Of a stretch of 43,697 nucleotides of DNA, positions 34,622 to 43,576 are shown one piece after another. Position 1 is the first letter of the stretch, and each line of letters begins with the position of its first letter. Made by a program: the position numbers and the translations under genes. The stretch lies in assembly GCA_019239375.1 (NCBI GenBank), contig JAFAZZ010000049.1:1-43697 (forward strand). Direction: 5' to 3'. The notes under the pieces are model-generated. The model was not told where the DNA came from. It made no database searches and saw only the letters and a list, made by a program, of their open reading frames with translations. The stretch is from Solirubrobacterales bacterium (GTDB lineage: Bacteria; Actinomycetota; Thermoleophilia; Solirubrobacterales; Solirubrobacteraceae).

Positions 34622-35460
34622 CCCACCGCTCCCGTGGGCTCACCACGCTCGTCGGCGATGATCGTTCCGTCGCTGATCCTGATCACGCGACGGGCATGGA
34701 CGGCGACGGACTGCTCGTGGGTGATCAGGATGATCGTCCGCCCCTGCTCGTTCAGGCGACCGAAGATGTCCAGCACCTCGGCCGAGGACACCGTGTCGAG
34801 CGCACCGGTCGGCTCGTCGGCCAGGATCATCGCCGGGTTGGTGACGAGCGCGCGAGCGATCGCGACCCGCTGCTGCTGCCCGCCCGACAGCTCGGATGGG
34901 AGATGGTGAACGCGGTTGCTCAGCCCCACCTGGCGCAGCGCGGCCACGGCCCGCTCCTGCCGAGCGGCGCGGTGCAGCCCGGCATAGGCCAGCGGGAGCT
35001 CGACATTGGCCTGGGCGCGCGTACGGGGGATCAGATTGAAGCTCTGGAAAACGAAGCCGATCTCGCGGTTTCGGATGTCCGCGAGCGCGTCCTCGTCGAC
35101 CCCGCGGACATCGAGGCCGTTCAACCGATACGTGCCACTGGTCGGCGTGTCGAGACAGCCCAGGATGTTCATCAGCGTTGTCTTGCCGCTGCCCGAAGCG
35201 CCCACGATCGCCACGTACTCGCCACGCTCGATGCGCAAGCCCACCCCCCTCAGCGCGTGCACCGCGATGTCCCCGACGCTGTAGGTCTTGTGGACGTCAT
35301 CGAGCTCGATGACCGGCACGCCCGGGCGGCTCGAACGCGGACGGGGCCGGGGCACTGGTGCCTGCCGCGCAGGACGCGAAGACCGCTCCCGTCGGCTCTC
35401 GAGGAAGCGCTGCGCCCGCGCCACGGCCGGCCGCTCGACGTAGCGCCGCCGGCGCGGCAT
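34618..35460 (-). CDS. MacB/LolD-type ABC ATP-binding protein
   Basis: '[18 protein letters not shown]', 'FVFQSFNL', '[15 protein letters not shown]', '[10 protein letters not shown]'; Arg-rich N-terminal extension. Confidence 0.95.
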   Translation of the reverse strand: MPRRRRYVERPAVARAQRFLESRRERSSRPARQAPVPRPRPRSSRPGVPVIELDDVHKTYSVGDIAVHALRGVGLRIERGEYVAIVGASGSGKTTLMNILGCLDTPTSGTYRLNGLDVRGVDEDALADIRNREIGFVFQSFNLIPRTRAQANVELPLAYAGLHRAARQERAVAALRQVGLSNRVHHLPSELSGGQQQRVAIARALVTNPAMILADEPTGALDTVSSAEVLDIFGRLNEQGRTIILITHEQSVAVHARRVIRISDGTIIADERGEPTGAVG

Positions 35461-37184
35461 CAGCCGCCTCCGGCTGCGCGCCGCAAGAACGCACCGCCGC
35501 CGCCGAACCCGCCGCCGCCGCCGAACCCGCCGCCGCCGCCGCCGAACGCGCCGGCACCGCCCAACCGTCCGCCGAGCGCGCCGGTGCCGGAACCGGTCGT
35601 CGAGGTCGAGCTCAGCGAGGGAAGCGCGATCGTGATCACTACCTGATCGCCGGCGTTCAGGCCGCTGATGATCTGGGTGCGGGTGTCGCCCCGCAGCCCG
35701 ACGACGACCTGCTGGGATACGACCTTGCCGCCCTTCAACAGGTTGATCGTGGCCAGCGAGCCGCTGCCGCTGACCGCTTGGTTCGGCACGGTGACTCCCT
35801 GCGCCTGGCCGATGACCACCGCCGCCGACGCGCTCATCCCCGGCTTGACGCGCGAGTCGTTCTGGTCGAGCGTGAGCGTGGCGTCATATGAGACGACACT
35901 CGAGCTGGCGCTCCCGACGAGCGAGATCTGACTCACGTGCGCGGCAAGCGCAACGCCCGGGAGCGCGTCGAGCGTCGCCGTAGCCGGCTGCCCGACGTGG
36001 ACCTTGCTGATGTCCGACTCGCTGAACGCGACGGTCATCGTCAGCGTGCTGGTGTTCACGATCTCGGCGAAGCCTGAGCCAGAGGATCCCGAGCCCGAAC
36101 TTGAGGAGCCCGATCCCCCAAGGCTCCCCGCGGTCGTACCCGAGCCCGCGCCGGACCCGGAGGCGCCGCCCGAAGAGGAGGAGCCGCCGGAGGACGATGA
36201 GCCTCCCGACCCGCCGGCGGACACGGCGCCGCCCGGTGTCAGGCTGGACAGCGTTGCGATCGTGCCGCTGACCGGCGCGTACAGCTTGGTGTTGTTCAGC
36301 GCCACCTCCGCGTTGTGCACGCCGGCCTGGGCGGAGTACACGGCGGCCTGGGCGGAGGCGACACTGCCGGGCGAGGGAGTGGTCGTCGTCGCGGTAGAGC
36401 TCGTCTTAGGCGTCGTGGTGCCGCCCGAGTTCGCCGTCGAGTTCCCGCCGCTCGCGGTCGACGGGGACGACCCCGTCCGCGACGCGCTGGGGACGACCAC
36501 GGTCACCGTAACGCTGGGCGTGGTCTTGGTCGTGGTCGTGGTGCCTGGCTTGGACCTCGTCGGGGACGCGGGGCCCGGCTTGGACTCCGTGGTCGACGAA
36601 CCCGGTTTGGTGCCGGGATGGAAGGCCGCGAACTCGACGGTGCCGGCGGGCGCCGTGTAGCTCGTGGTGGAGGCGGAGCCGCCCGAGCCCGAGCCTGAGC
36701 CGCTCGAGCCCGAGCCTGAGCCGCCCGAGCCCGAGCCTGAGCCGCCCGAGCCCGAGCCCGAGCCGCCCGAGCCAGAACCACCCGAACCGCAGTCGCTGGT
36801 CACACCCTGAAGACAGCTCAGGTTGTCTTCCGCCGCCGTCAGGCTCTCCTGCGCTTGATTTAGCGACAGCTGCGCCGACGTCGGATCGAGGTCGGCGAGC
36901 AGCTGTCCGGCGTCGACGTGCTGGCCGGTGTGCACGTAGACGTCCTGCAGCGTCCCGCCGGTGTTGAAGTTGACGTTGACGTCGATGCCGGCGGCGACGT
37001 TCCCGCTGCCGGTGACGGTCGACTGCACCACGCCCTGTCCGGCGGTGATGATCTCTCGGGAGGTGCGCACCGAGCTCGTCGGCGCCCCGATCTCCGTGAT
37101 CGCCAGGACGATCACGCCGACCGCCACCGCGGCCAATGCGTACAGGAACCAGGGCCTAGGCGGCCGATCCCGACGAGCGCTCAT
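35460..37184 (-). CDS. MacA/YknX-like membrane fusion (adaptor) protein with long low-complexity inserts
   Basis: TM anchor; lipoyl halves '[15 protein letters not shown]' and 'LYAPVSGTI'; '[12 protein letters not shown]', 'VKPGMSA', '[11 protein letters not shown]'. Confidence 0.9.
   Translation of the reverse strand: MSARRDRPPRPWFLYALAAVAVGVIVLAITEIGAPTSSVRTSREIITAGQGVVQSTVTGSGNVAAGIDVNVNFNTGGTLQDVYVHTGQHVDAGQLLADLDPTSAQLSLNQAQESLTAAEDNLSCLQGVTSDCGSGGSGSGGSGSGSGGSGSGSGGSGSGSSGSGSGSGGSASTTSYTAPAGTVEFAAFHPGTKPGSSTTESKPGPASPTRSKPGTTTTTKTTPSVTVTVVVPSASRTGSSPSTASGGNSTANSGGTTTPKTSSTATTTTPSPGSVASAQAAVYSAQAGVHNAEVALNNTKLYAPVSGTIATLSSLTPGGAVSAGGSGGSSSSGGSSSSGGASGSGAGSGTTAGSLGGSGSSSSGSGSSGSGFAEIVNTSTLTMTVAFSESDISKVHVGQPATATLDALPGVALAAHVSQISLVGSASSSVVSYDATLTLDQNDSRVKPGMSASAAVVIGQAQGVTVPNQAVSGSGSLATINLLKGGKVVSQQVVVGLRGDTRTQIISGLNAGDQVVITIALPSLSSTSTTGSGTGALGGRLGGAGAFGGGGGGFGGGGGFGGGGAFLRRAAGGG
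36676..36780. repeat. 21-bp tandem repeat, 5 copies, encoding GSGSGGS
   Basis: Unit GAGCCGCCCGAGCCCGAGCCT at 36676, 36697, 36718, 36739 and 36760 (last copy degenerate). Confidence 0.85.
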
Positions 37185-37253
37185 GACACGGGCAATCCAT
37201 TGCCAATGGGAAGGAGGGCAGGCACGGCACAGCGTATGCGGGCGCAGCCATTA

Positions 37254-37278
37254 CGCTCGGCGGTTGTAGCGCCGAGCG
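37254..37278 (-). terminator. Hairpin just after the histidine kinase stop
   Basis: CGCTCGGCG-GTTGTAG-CGCCGAGCG, perfect 9-bp stem; weak U-tract. Confidence 0.5.
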
Positions 37279-37280
37279 CG

Positions 37281-38519
37281 TCAGCTCTGCGTAAGCGCTC
37301 TTGCCGCCCTCTTAGGAACGATCCCCACGACCGGCGCGGGCATCGCGGGCAGCTCTATCCGGACCGAGAGCCCGCCTTCGCCGGGCGCCGATACCTCGAT
37401 CGTTCCGCCGTGCGCCTCGACCACCGAGCTCACGATCGATAGTCCCAGCCCGAACCCGCCCGCGCACCGGTCCAGGCGGCGGAACGGCTCGGTCAGCGTC
37501 GACGCGGCGACCGGATCGATGCGGGCCCCGCCGTTGGCCACGGTCAGCCGGGCCCGCCCATCCTCCGAGCGCGTCGAGACGCGCAACCAGCCGCCCGGCT
37601 CGTTGTGGCGGACGCCGTTGTCGATCAGGTTGGCGATCATCCGCTCGAGCAGCGCAGGCTCGCCGCGGGCCCAGGCCGGCGACAGCTCGTCCTGCACCTC
37701 CACGTGCGCCTCTTCCGCGCAGGCGCGCAGGTCCGTGATGCAATCGGCCGCGAGCGCGGCCAGATCGGCGGCCTCATCGTGTCCGGTGGGCGCCTCGCTG
37801 CGCGCGAGCATCAGCAGACCCTCGATCAGCCGCTCGCACCGGTCCACCGTGTCCCGCACGCCCTCGCCCATGCGCCGCAGCTCCTCGACGCTGGCATCCG
37901 GATCGGCCATCGTCACGTCCAGTTCGGTGCGCATGATCGCCAGCGGCGTGCGCAGCTCGTGCGAAGCGTTGGCGACGAAATGACGCTGGCTGGCGAAGGC
38001 CGCGTCGAGCCGGCCGAGCATCCCGTCGAAGGTGTCGGCGAGCTCCTTGAGCTCGTCGGCGGGACCCTGAAGCCCGATCCGTTCGCCCAAGTTGGCGCCC
38101 GAGACACGCCGTGCGGTGGATGTGATCGCGCGCAGAGGGCGCAGGGCCCGGCCGGCCAGCAGCCAGCCGGCGGCCACCGAGACCGCCGTCATCGCGCCCA
38201 GCGCGATGAGGTACTCGATCAGCAGCCGGTGCAGGGCGTCCGTGCGCAGCTGCTCGCGCACCGCCTCGACGACCCGGTCGCCGGCTGACCCCGGCCCGAA
38301 CCCTGCCGAGCGGCCCGGAAACGCGAGCGCCGGAAGTCCGAGCTTCTGCAGCTCATTGCGGTAGTGGCTCCGGCTGTACAGCACGTTGTGACGAACCAGC
38401 TCGTAGCCGATGGTCAGCAGCACGGCGCCGCTGACCAGGAACACGATCCCGTACAGCAGCGTCATGCGCAGCCGGATCGTCGGCGCCGGCAGGCGCGGCG
38501 AGACATTCCGAACGCGCAT
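37281..38519 (-). CDS. HAMP-domain sensor histidine kinase (CutS-like)
   Basis: Two TMs; HAMP; H-box 'FVANASHELRTPL'; N-box 'NLIDNGVRHN'; 'GFGLGLSIV'. Confidence 0.95.
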   Translation of the reverse strand: MRVRNVSPRLPAPTIRLRMTLLYGIVFLVSGAVLLTIGYELVRHNVLYSRSHYRNELQKLGLPALAFPGRSAGFGPGSAGDRVVEAVREQLRTDALHRLLIEYLIALGAMTAVSVAAGWLLAGRALRPLRAITSTARRVSGANLGERIGLQGPADELKELADTFDGMLGRLDAAFASQRHFVANASHELRTPLAIMRTELDVTMADPDASVEELRRMGEGVRDTVDRCERLIEGLLMLARSEAPTGHDEAADLAALAADCITDLRACAEEAHVEVQDELSPAWARGEPALLERMIANLIDNGVRHNEPGGWLRVSTRSEDGRARLTVANGGARIDPVAASTLTEPFRRLDRCAGGFGLGLSIVSSVVEAHGGTIEVSAPGEGGLSVRIELPAMPAPVVGIVPKRAARALTQS

Positions 38520-39175
38520 CAGGTCATCCGGTAACCGACCCCGATCACGGTCTCGACCACCGGGGGGTCGCCCAGCTTGCGTCGCAAGGTCATGATCGTC
38601 ATGCGCACCACGTTGGTGAACGGATCGGTGTGCTCATCCCACACGCGCTCGAGTAGCTGCTCCGCCGAGATTGTCGCGCCCTCGGCACTCATCAGCACCT
38701 CGAGCACGCCGAACTCCTTGCGCGTCAGTTCGACCGGACGACCCGCCCGAGTCACCACGCGGCGCGCGGGATCGAGCTCGATATCGCTGTGCCCGAGCAC
38801 GGGCGGCCGGCTGGGCGACGAGCGGCGGGCCAGGGCCTGGATCCGAGCGACCAGTTCGGCGAAGCGAAACGGCTTGGGCAGGTAGTCGTCCGCCCCCAGC
38901 GACAGGCCCTCGACCAAGTCCTCGAGTGCACCGGCCGCGGTCAGCATCAGGATCCCGGTCTCGGGCCGCTCCCCCCGCACCGCCCGGCACACATCGTCGC
39001 CGTGCAGCCCAGGCAGGTCGCGATCGAGCACCAGCACGTCGTAGCGCACCACGGTGGCCTTTACCAGGGCGTCGGTCCCGTCAGGAGCCAGGTCGACGGC
39101 CATCCCCTCCCGGCGCAGCCCGCGCGCGATCGCCTCGGCCAGCCGCTGCTCGTCTTCAGCGATCAACACGCGCAT
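38519..39175 (-). CDS. OmpR-family response regulator (CutR-like)
   Basis: 'MRVLIAEDE', 'VLDRDLPGLHGDDVCR', 'GADDYLPKPF', 'LRRKLGDPPVVETVIGVGYR'; start ATG 39175. Confidence 0.95.
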   Translation of the reverse strand: MRVLIAEDEQRLAEAIARGLRREGMAVDLAPDGTDALVKATVVRYDVLVLDRDLPGLHGDDVCRAVRGERPETGILMLTAAGALEDLVEGLSLGADDYLPKPFRFAELVARIQALARRSSPSRPPVLGHSDIELDPARRVVTRAGRPVELTRKEFGVLEVLMSAEGATISAEQLLERVWDEHTDPFTNVVRMTIMTLRRKLGDPPVVETVIGVGYRMT

Positions 39176-39202
39176 ATGCCGATTTAGCATGACGATCGAC
39201 GC

Positions 39203-39219
39203 GTAAGAACCTCATAACA
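39203..39219 (-). promoter_or_regulatory. Direct-repeat box pair upstream of the response regulator (possible autoregulation)
   Basis: Minus strand TGTTAT-N5-TCTTAC; same TCTTAC half-site and 11-bp phase as the htrA boxes. Confidence 0.5.
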
Positions 39220-39237
39220 GGCAAGATTGGGGCGCTG

Positions 39238-40563
39238 ATGGCCCAGCCGAACCTCGCCGAGCGGAGCATGGCGGCCGGCCTGCGCGTGCTGGGCCGCCTG
39301 GCCGGCACCGGTCTGATCGACCGCCTTGGGTTGAGCAAGGCTGCGCAGCGTGTTCTCCACCTTGCTTCCAGGACCACCGTCCGAACCGCCACTCGCGCCG
39401 GCCGCGCCTTCGCCGCCAGGCCGAAGCTCTCGGAGCCGGCCCGGCAGCCCACCGGCCGGCGCAGCGACCTGTTCGACCTCACCCCCGACGACGAGCAACA
39501 GATGCTCCGAGAGTCGGTGCGCGACTTCGCCCTGGTCAAGCTGCGGCCGGCGGCGCAGGCGGCCGACGAAGCGTGCGAGACCCCACGTGAGCTGCTGGCC
39601 CAAGCCAACGAACTCGGGCTGACGATGGTCGGCGTACCCGAGGAGCTCGGAGGCGCCGTCACCGCGCGCTCTGCGGTCAGCACGGTGCTCATGGCCGAGG
39701 CTCTGGCTCAGGGCGATATGGGCATCGCGCTCGCTTGCCTGGCGCCGGCCGCCGTCTCGACCGCCCTTTCGCTATGGGGGGACGCCGATCAGCAGGCCAC
39801 CTACCTGCACGAGTTTGTCGGCGAGAACGTCCCTGCTGCGGCGCTGGCGGTGCTCGAGCCGCGGCCGCTGTTCAATCCTCTCGAGCTGCACATGCGCGCC
39901 CGGCGGGCCGGCGGCGGCTTCGTTCTCGACGGCGTCAAGTCGCTCGTCCCGCGTGCCGCCGAAGCCGAGCTGTTCATCGTGGCGGCCGAACTCGAGGAGG
40001 CCGGGCCGGCGCTGTTCATCGTCGAGCCGGACAGCAGGGGCGTGTCGGTCGAGCCCGACCCGGCGATGGGTGTGCGTGCCGCCGCCACCGGCAAGGTGAC
40101 GCTCGACGGTGTGAAGCTGCGCGAATCGGCGATCCTCGGCGAACCGGGCGGGGCCACGGTGACCGGATGCGTGCAGCTGGGTCGCCTTGGCTGGTGCGCG
40201 CTCGCGGTCGGGACCGGCCAGGCCGTGCTCGACTACGTGATCCCGTATGTGAACGCGCGCAGGGCCTTCGGCGAGCCGATCTCGAACCGCCAGGCGGTCG
40301 CCTTCACGGTGGCCAACATCGCGATCGAGCTCGACGGCATGCGCCTGGCCACCTACCGCGCGGCCGGCCGCGTCGACCAGGGGCTCCCCGTGGCCCGCGA
40401 GATCACGCTGGCCCGGCGCCTGTGCGCAGAGCGCGGCATGGCGATCGGCTCTGATGGCGTCCAGCTCCTGGGCGGGCACGGCTACGTGAAGGAGCATCCG
40501 CTCGAGCGCTGGTACCGCGACCTCCGCGCCGCCGGCGTGATGGAGGGAGCCCTGCTCCCGTGA
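39238..40563 (+). CDS. fadE24: Acyl-CoA dehydrogenase (FadE24-like subunit)
   Basis: 'LFDLTPDDEQQML', 'LAQGDMGIA', 'AFGEPISNRQAVAF', 'GVQLLGGHGYVKEHPLERWYRDLR'; paired with a FadE23-like gene. Confidence 0.8.
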   Translation: MAQPNLAERSMAAGLRVLGRLAGTGLIDRLGLSKAAQRVLHLASRTTVRTATRAGRAFAARPKLSEPARQPTGRRSDLFDLTPDDEQQMLRESVRDFALVKLRPAAQAADEACETPRELLAQANELGLTMVGVPEELGGAVTARSAVSTVLMAEALAQGDMGIALACLAPAAVSTALSLWGDADQQATYLHEFVGENVPAAALAVLEPRPLFNPLELHMRARRAGGGFVLDGVKSLVPRAAEAELFIVAAELEEAGPALFIVEPDSRGVSVEPDPAMGVRAAATGKVTLDGVKLRESAILGEPGGATVTGCVQLGRLGWCALAVGTGQAVLDYVIPYVNARRAFGEPISNRQAVAFTVANIAIELDGMRLATYRAAGRVDQGLPVAREITLARRLCAERGMAIGSDGVQLLGGHGYVKEHPLERWYRDLRAAGVMEGALLP

Positions 40564-41786
40564 TCAACCTCGAGATCCCCGGGAGGTTCGATTTCCTGGT
40601 CGGCCAGGCCCACCGCGTGGCGACCGAGATCTTCCGCCCCAACTCGCGAAAGTACGACCAGGCCGAGCACTCCTATCCGAAGGAACTCGACATGCTTGCC
40701 GCGGTGATCGAGGGCATGAACGAGGGCGGCGCCCTGCGCGGTGCCGGCGTTGGCGCGGTAGGCGGCTCGGACGGTGCCAACGGGCTCACCGGCGACCGTG
40801 CCGGCAACCGCAACGGCTCGAACATGGCCAGCCTGCTCGGGCTGATCGAGCTGTGCTGGGGAGATGTCGGGCTGACACTGACGATGCCCAGGCAGGGCCT
40901 CGGTCAGGCCGCGATCGCCGCGGTGGCCAATGAGGAGCAGCTGAAGCGCTTCGGTGGCAAGTGGGCCGCGATGGCCATCACCGAGCCCGAGGCGGGGTCG
41001 GACTCCGCGGCAATCAGGACCAGCGCCACCCTCGATGAGGACGAATACGTCCTGAACGGCGAGAAGATCTTCGTCACTGCCGGCGACCGCGCCGAGCTGA
41101 TTGTCGTGTGGGCGACACTCGATCGCCGCCAGGGCCGCCCCGCCATCAAGTCGTTCGTGGTTGAGCGTGACACCCCGGGCCTGATCCTCGAGCGCCTCGA
41201 GGACAAACTGGGAATCCGCGCCTCGGACACCGCCGATTTCCGCCTCGAGAACTGCCGCATCCCGCGCGAGAACCTGCTCGGGAGCCCGGAGATCGAGCTG
41301 GGGCGCGGGTTCGCGGGCGTGATGCAGACCTTCGACAACACCCGTCCGCTGGTCGCCGGCATGGCCATCGGCGTGGCCCGGGCGTGTCTCGAGCGCGCGC
41401 GCGAGCTGCTCGAGGCGGCGGGGATCGAGATCGACTATGACGTCCCGCCGCACGCCCAGAGCGCGGCCGCCTCGGAGTTCATCGCGATGGAGTCCGACTG
41501 GGAGGCGGCGCGGCTGCTCGCACTCCAAGCCGCCTGGATGGCTGACAACAGGAAGCCCAACTCGCTTGAGGCCTCGATGGCCAAGGCCAAAGCGGGCCGG
41601 GTCGGCACCGACATCTCGCTGCGCTGCGTGGCGCTGGCCGGCGCGGTCGGCTACGGCGAGGGCGAGCTGCTCGAGAAGTGGGCCCGAGACGTCAAGGTCC
41701 TCGACCTGTTCGAGGGCACCCAGCAGATCCAGCTGCTGATCGTGGCCCGCCAGTTGCTCGGCAAGACGTCCGCCGAGTTGAAGTAG
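40560..41786 (+). CDS. fadE23: Acyl-CoA dehydrogenase (FadE23-like subunit)
   Basis: 'MINLE', 'EHSYPKELD', 'NRNGSNM', 'WAAMAITEP.AGSDSAA', 'FDNTRPLV', 'DLFEGTQQIQ'; GTGA coupling. Confidence 0.85.
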   Translation: MINLEIPGRFDFLVGQAHRVATEIFRPNSRKYDQAEHSYPKELDMLAAVIEGMNEGGALRGAGVGAVGGSDGANGLTGDRAGNRNGSNMASLLGLIELCWGDVGLTLTMPRQGLGQAAIAAVANEEQLKRFGGKWAAMAITEPEAGSDSAAIRTSATLDEDEYVLNGEKIFVTAGDRAELIVVWATLDRRQGRPAIKSFVVERDTPGLILERLEDKLGIRASDTADFRLENCRIPRENLLGSPEIELGRGFAGVMQTFDNTRPLVAGMAIGVARACLERARELLEAAGIEIDYDVPPHAQSAAASEFIAMESDWEAARLLALQAAWMADNRKPNSLEASMAKAKAGRVGTDISLRCVALAGAVGYGEGELLEKWARDVKVLDLFEGTQQIQLLIVARQLLGKTSAELK

Positions 41787-41887
41787 CCCTGGGCCGCTGC
41801 CGGCGCGAGCTTTGCCGCCGCGATGGCGTCCAACTCCACACTCACGCGGATGCGGACGGCGGAACGGGCAGTTATCGGCAGCCGGAC

Positions 41888-42676
41888 TCAGCGCCCCGGG
41901 GCAGTCGTGACCGAGAAGGGCGCCCCGAACGGATCGGCCAGCACGGCCTGGCGCATCGCTCCGGCGTCTGACGGCGGCGCCAGCACCCGCCCGCCGAGTT
42001 CAACGACCGCGGCCGTGAGCGCGTCGGCATCGTGCACCCAGAAACCGACATCCCACCGGGGCTGCTCGCCGTTTGTCGCCATCACCGCCACGACATCGCG
42101 CGGGACCGGCTGGGCCGGCTCGCCGCCCACGTAACCGGGCAGGCGGAAAAGCGTCATCCCCGGCGCGAAGGGCTCGGTCTCCCACCCGAAGACGGCGTGG
42201 TAGAAGCGCGCCGCCGCCTCCTGCTCGTGCGTCTGAAGCACGCTCATCGCATAAGCCGAGGGCTCGTTGACAAGCTGACAGCCGAGGCGCTGCACGGGCT
42301 CCCACAGGCAGATCGGCGCGCCGGTTGGATCCTCGAGCACGGCGATCCGTCCCGCCGGTAGAGCATCGAACGACCCCGCAAGCACGCGGGCGCCGGCACG
42401 GACCGCGACCTGCACGGAATCCTCGACGCTGGCCACGGAAACGTACGTGTTCCAGGCGGCGGCGCCCTGCGGCGCCGCGCCGACGCCCGCGACGTGCCGA
42501 CCGACGCCCGCGACATGCCGACCCCGGAGGCGGGCCTCGTAGTACTCACCCGGACCAGGCCCGGCGAACTCCCAGCCGAACAGCCGCCCGTAGAAGTCCA
42601 TCGCGCGCGCCGGGTCACCGGCCAGGATGTCGACCCAGCACGGAACCCCGGGTGGATAGGCGTCGCGCTCGCTCAT
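41888..42676 (-). CDS. VOC/glyoxalase-family protein (two-domain, CFP32-like)
   Basis: 'YPPGVPCWVD', 'FYGRLFGW', 'WNTYVSV', 'GRIAVLEDPTGA', 'FYHAVFGW', 'DPFGAPF'; AAGGAG RBS before ATG 42676. Confidence 0.9.
   Translation of the reverse strand: MSERDAYPPGVPCWVDILAGDPARAMDFYGRLFGWEFAGPGPGEYYEARLRGRHVAGVGRHVAGVGAAPQGAAAWNTYVSVASVEDSVQVAVRAGARVLAGSFDALPAGRIAVLEDPTGAPICLWEPVQRLGCQLVNEPSAYAMSVLQTHEQEAAARFYHAVFGWETEPFAPGMTLFRLPGYVGGEPAQPVPRDVVAVMATNGEQPRWDVGFWVHDADALTAAVVELGGRVLAPPSDAGAMRQAVLADPFGAPFSVTTAPGR
42480..42521. repeat. 21-bp tandem duplication in the VOC gene (RHVAGVG x2)
   Basis: CCGACGCCCGCGACGTGCCGA / CCGACGCCCGCGACATGCCGA, one mismatch. Confidence 0.85.
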
Positions 42677-42703
42677 GCCTCGCTCCTTTCGACGGACTCT
42701 TTG

Positions 42704-42721
42704 ATAGGAAAATCCAACTAT
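42704..42721. promoter_or_regulatory. Candidate operator for the HxlR regulator
   Basis: ATAG-N10-CTAT inverted repeat in the AT-rich divergent spacer. Confidence 0.45.
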
Positions 42722-42762
42722 ATGATTGGGCGAAAGGACTGTCAAGTGATAATCTTCGCCTC

Positions 42763-43404
42763 GTGAAACGGACATACGGAGACGCTTGCGGCATCGCCCG
42801 CGCCCTTGACGTGGTGGGTGAGCGGTGGGCGCTGCTGGTCGTGCGGGAGTTGCTGCTTGGCCCCAAGCGGTTCACCGACCTGCGCGCCGGCCTGCCCCAC
42901 CTCAGCCCGGACGTCCTGGCCCAGCGGCTGCGCGAGCTCGAGCAGGCCGGGGTCGTGCGGCGCGTCAAGCTACCGCCACCGGCCGGCTCGCGGGTATACG
43001 AGCTGACCGAGTGGGGGCGTGAGCTTGAGCCGGTGGTACTCGGCCTCGGACTCTGGGGCAGCTCCCGCGCGCCGTTCCCGTCGGACCACGGCGAGCTGGG
43101 CGCCGACTCGCTGGTGCTCGCGCTGAAGACGCTGTTTGAGCCCGCCCGGGCGAACGGTCTGGTCGGCCGCACGTACGAGCTCCGGCTTGGCGACGAAGCC
43201 GTGTTCGCCGTCCGGGTGGGTGAGCGAGAGCTGCATGCCAGTCGCGGCTCGGCCGCCGATTCGGCGGCCACCATCACCGCCGAGCCCGGCGTCCTTGAGC
43301 AGGTCTTGTGGCACGGACGCTCACCCAACGCCGGCGGGCTCGAGATCGATGGCGATCGCCCGGCCGGGACGCGGTTCCTTCGGCTGTTCCCTCTGCCGGG
43401 TTAG
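42763..43404 (+). CDS. HxlR-family winged-helix regulator with C-terminal SCP2-like domain
   Basis: 'YGDACGIARALDVVGERWALLVVRELLLGPKRFTDL', 'YELTEWG'; GTG 42763 preceded by a TAATCT -10. Confidence 0.9.
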   Translation: MKRTYGDACGIARALDVVGERWALLVVRELLLGPKRFTDLRAGLPHLSPDVLAQRLRELEQAGVVRRVKLPPPAGSRVYELTEWGRELEPVVLGLGLWGSSRAPFPSDHGELGADSLVLALKTLFEPARANGLVGRTYELRLGDEAVFAVRVGERELHASRGSAADSAATITAEPGVLEQVLWHGRSPNAGGLEIDGDRPAGTRFLRLFPLPG

Positions 43405-43472
43405 GCCTCGCCCTACGAGCTGATCGCCGACGAGCCGCAGCAGCTCAGCAAACGCCAGCAGCCGGCGTGGCA

Positions 43473-43496
43473 TCGCGGTCGCGGTCGCGGTCGCGG
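43473..43496. repeat. (TCGCGG)4 microsatellite, intergenic
   Basis: Four perfect hexamer copies. Confidence 0.8.
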
Positions 43497-43576
43497 TGGC
43501 GCCGCGCCCCCAGGTCACCTGGCAGTACGTTTCACGCGACGGCGAGCGCCAGTGAAAATTACACGTGGGCGATTGG

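Noticed and set aside
36676-36780. Tandem repeats considered as a CRISPR array
   Set aside because: No unique spacers, unit length is a multiple of 3 within a CDS, and no cas genes are present.
39238-41786. Tandem acyl-CoA dehydrogenases as a novelty
   Set aside because: Matches the known actinobacterial fadE24-fadE23 gene pair; ordinary.
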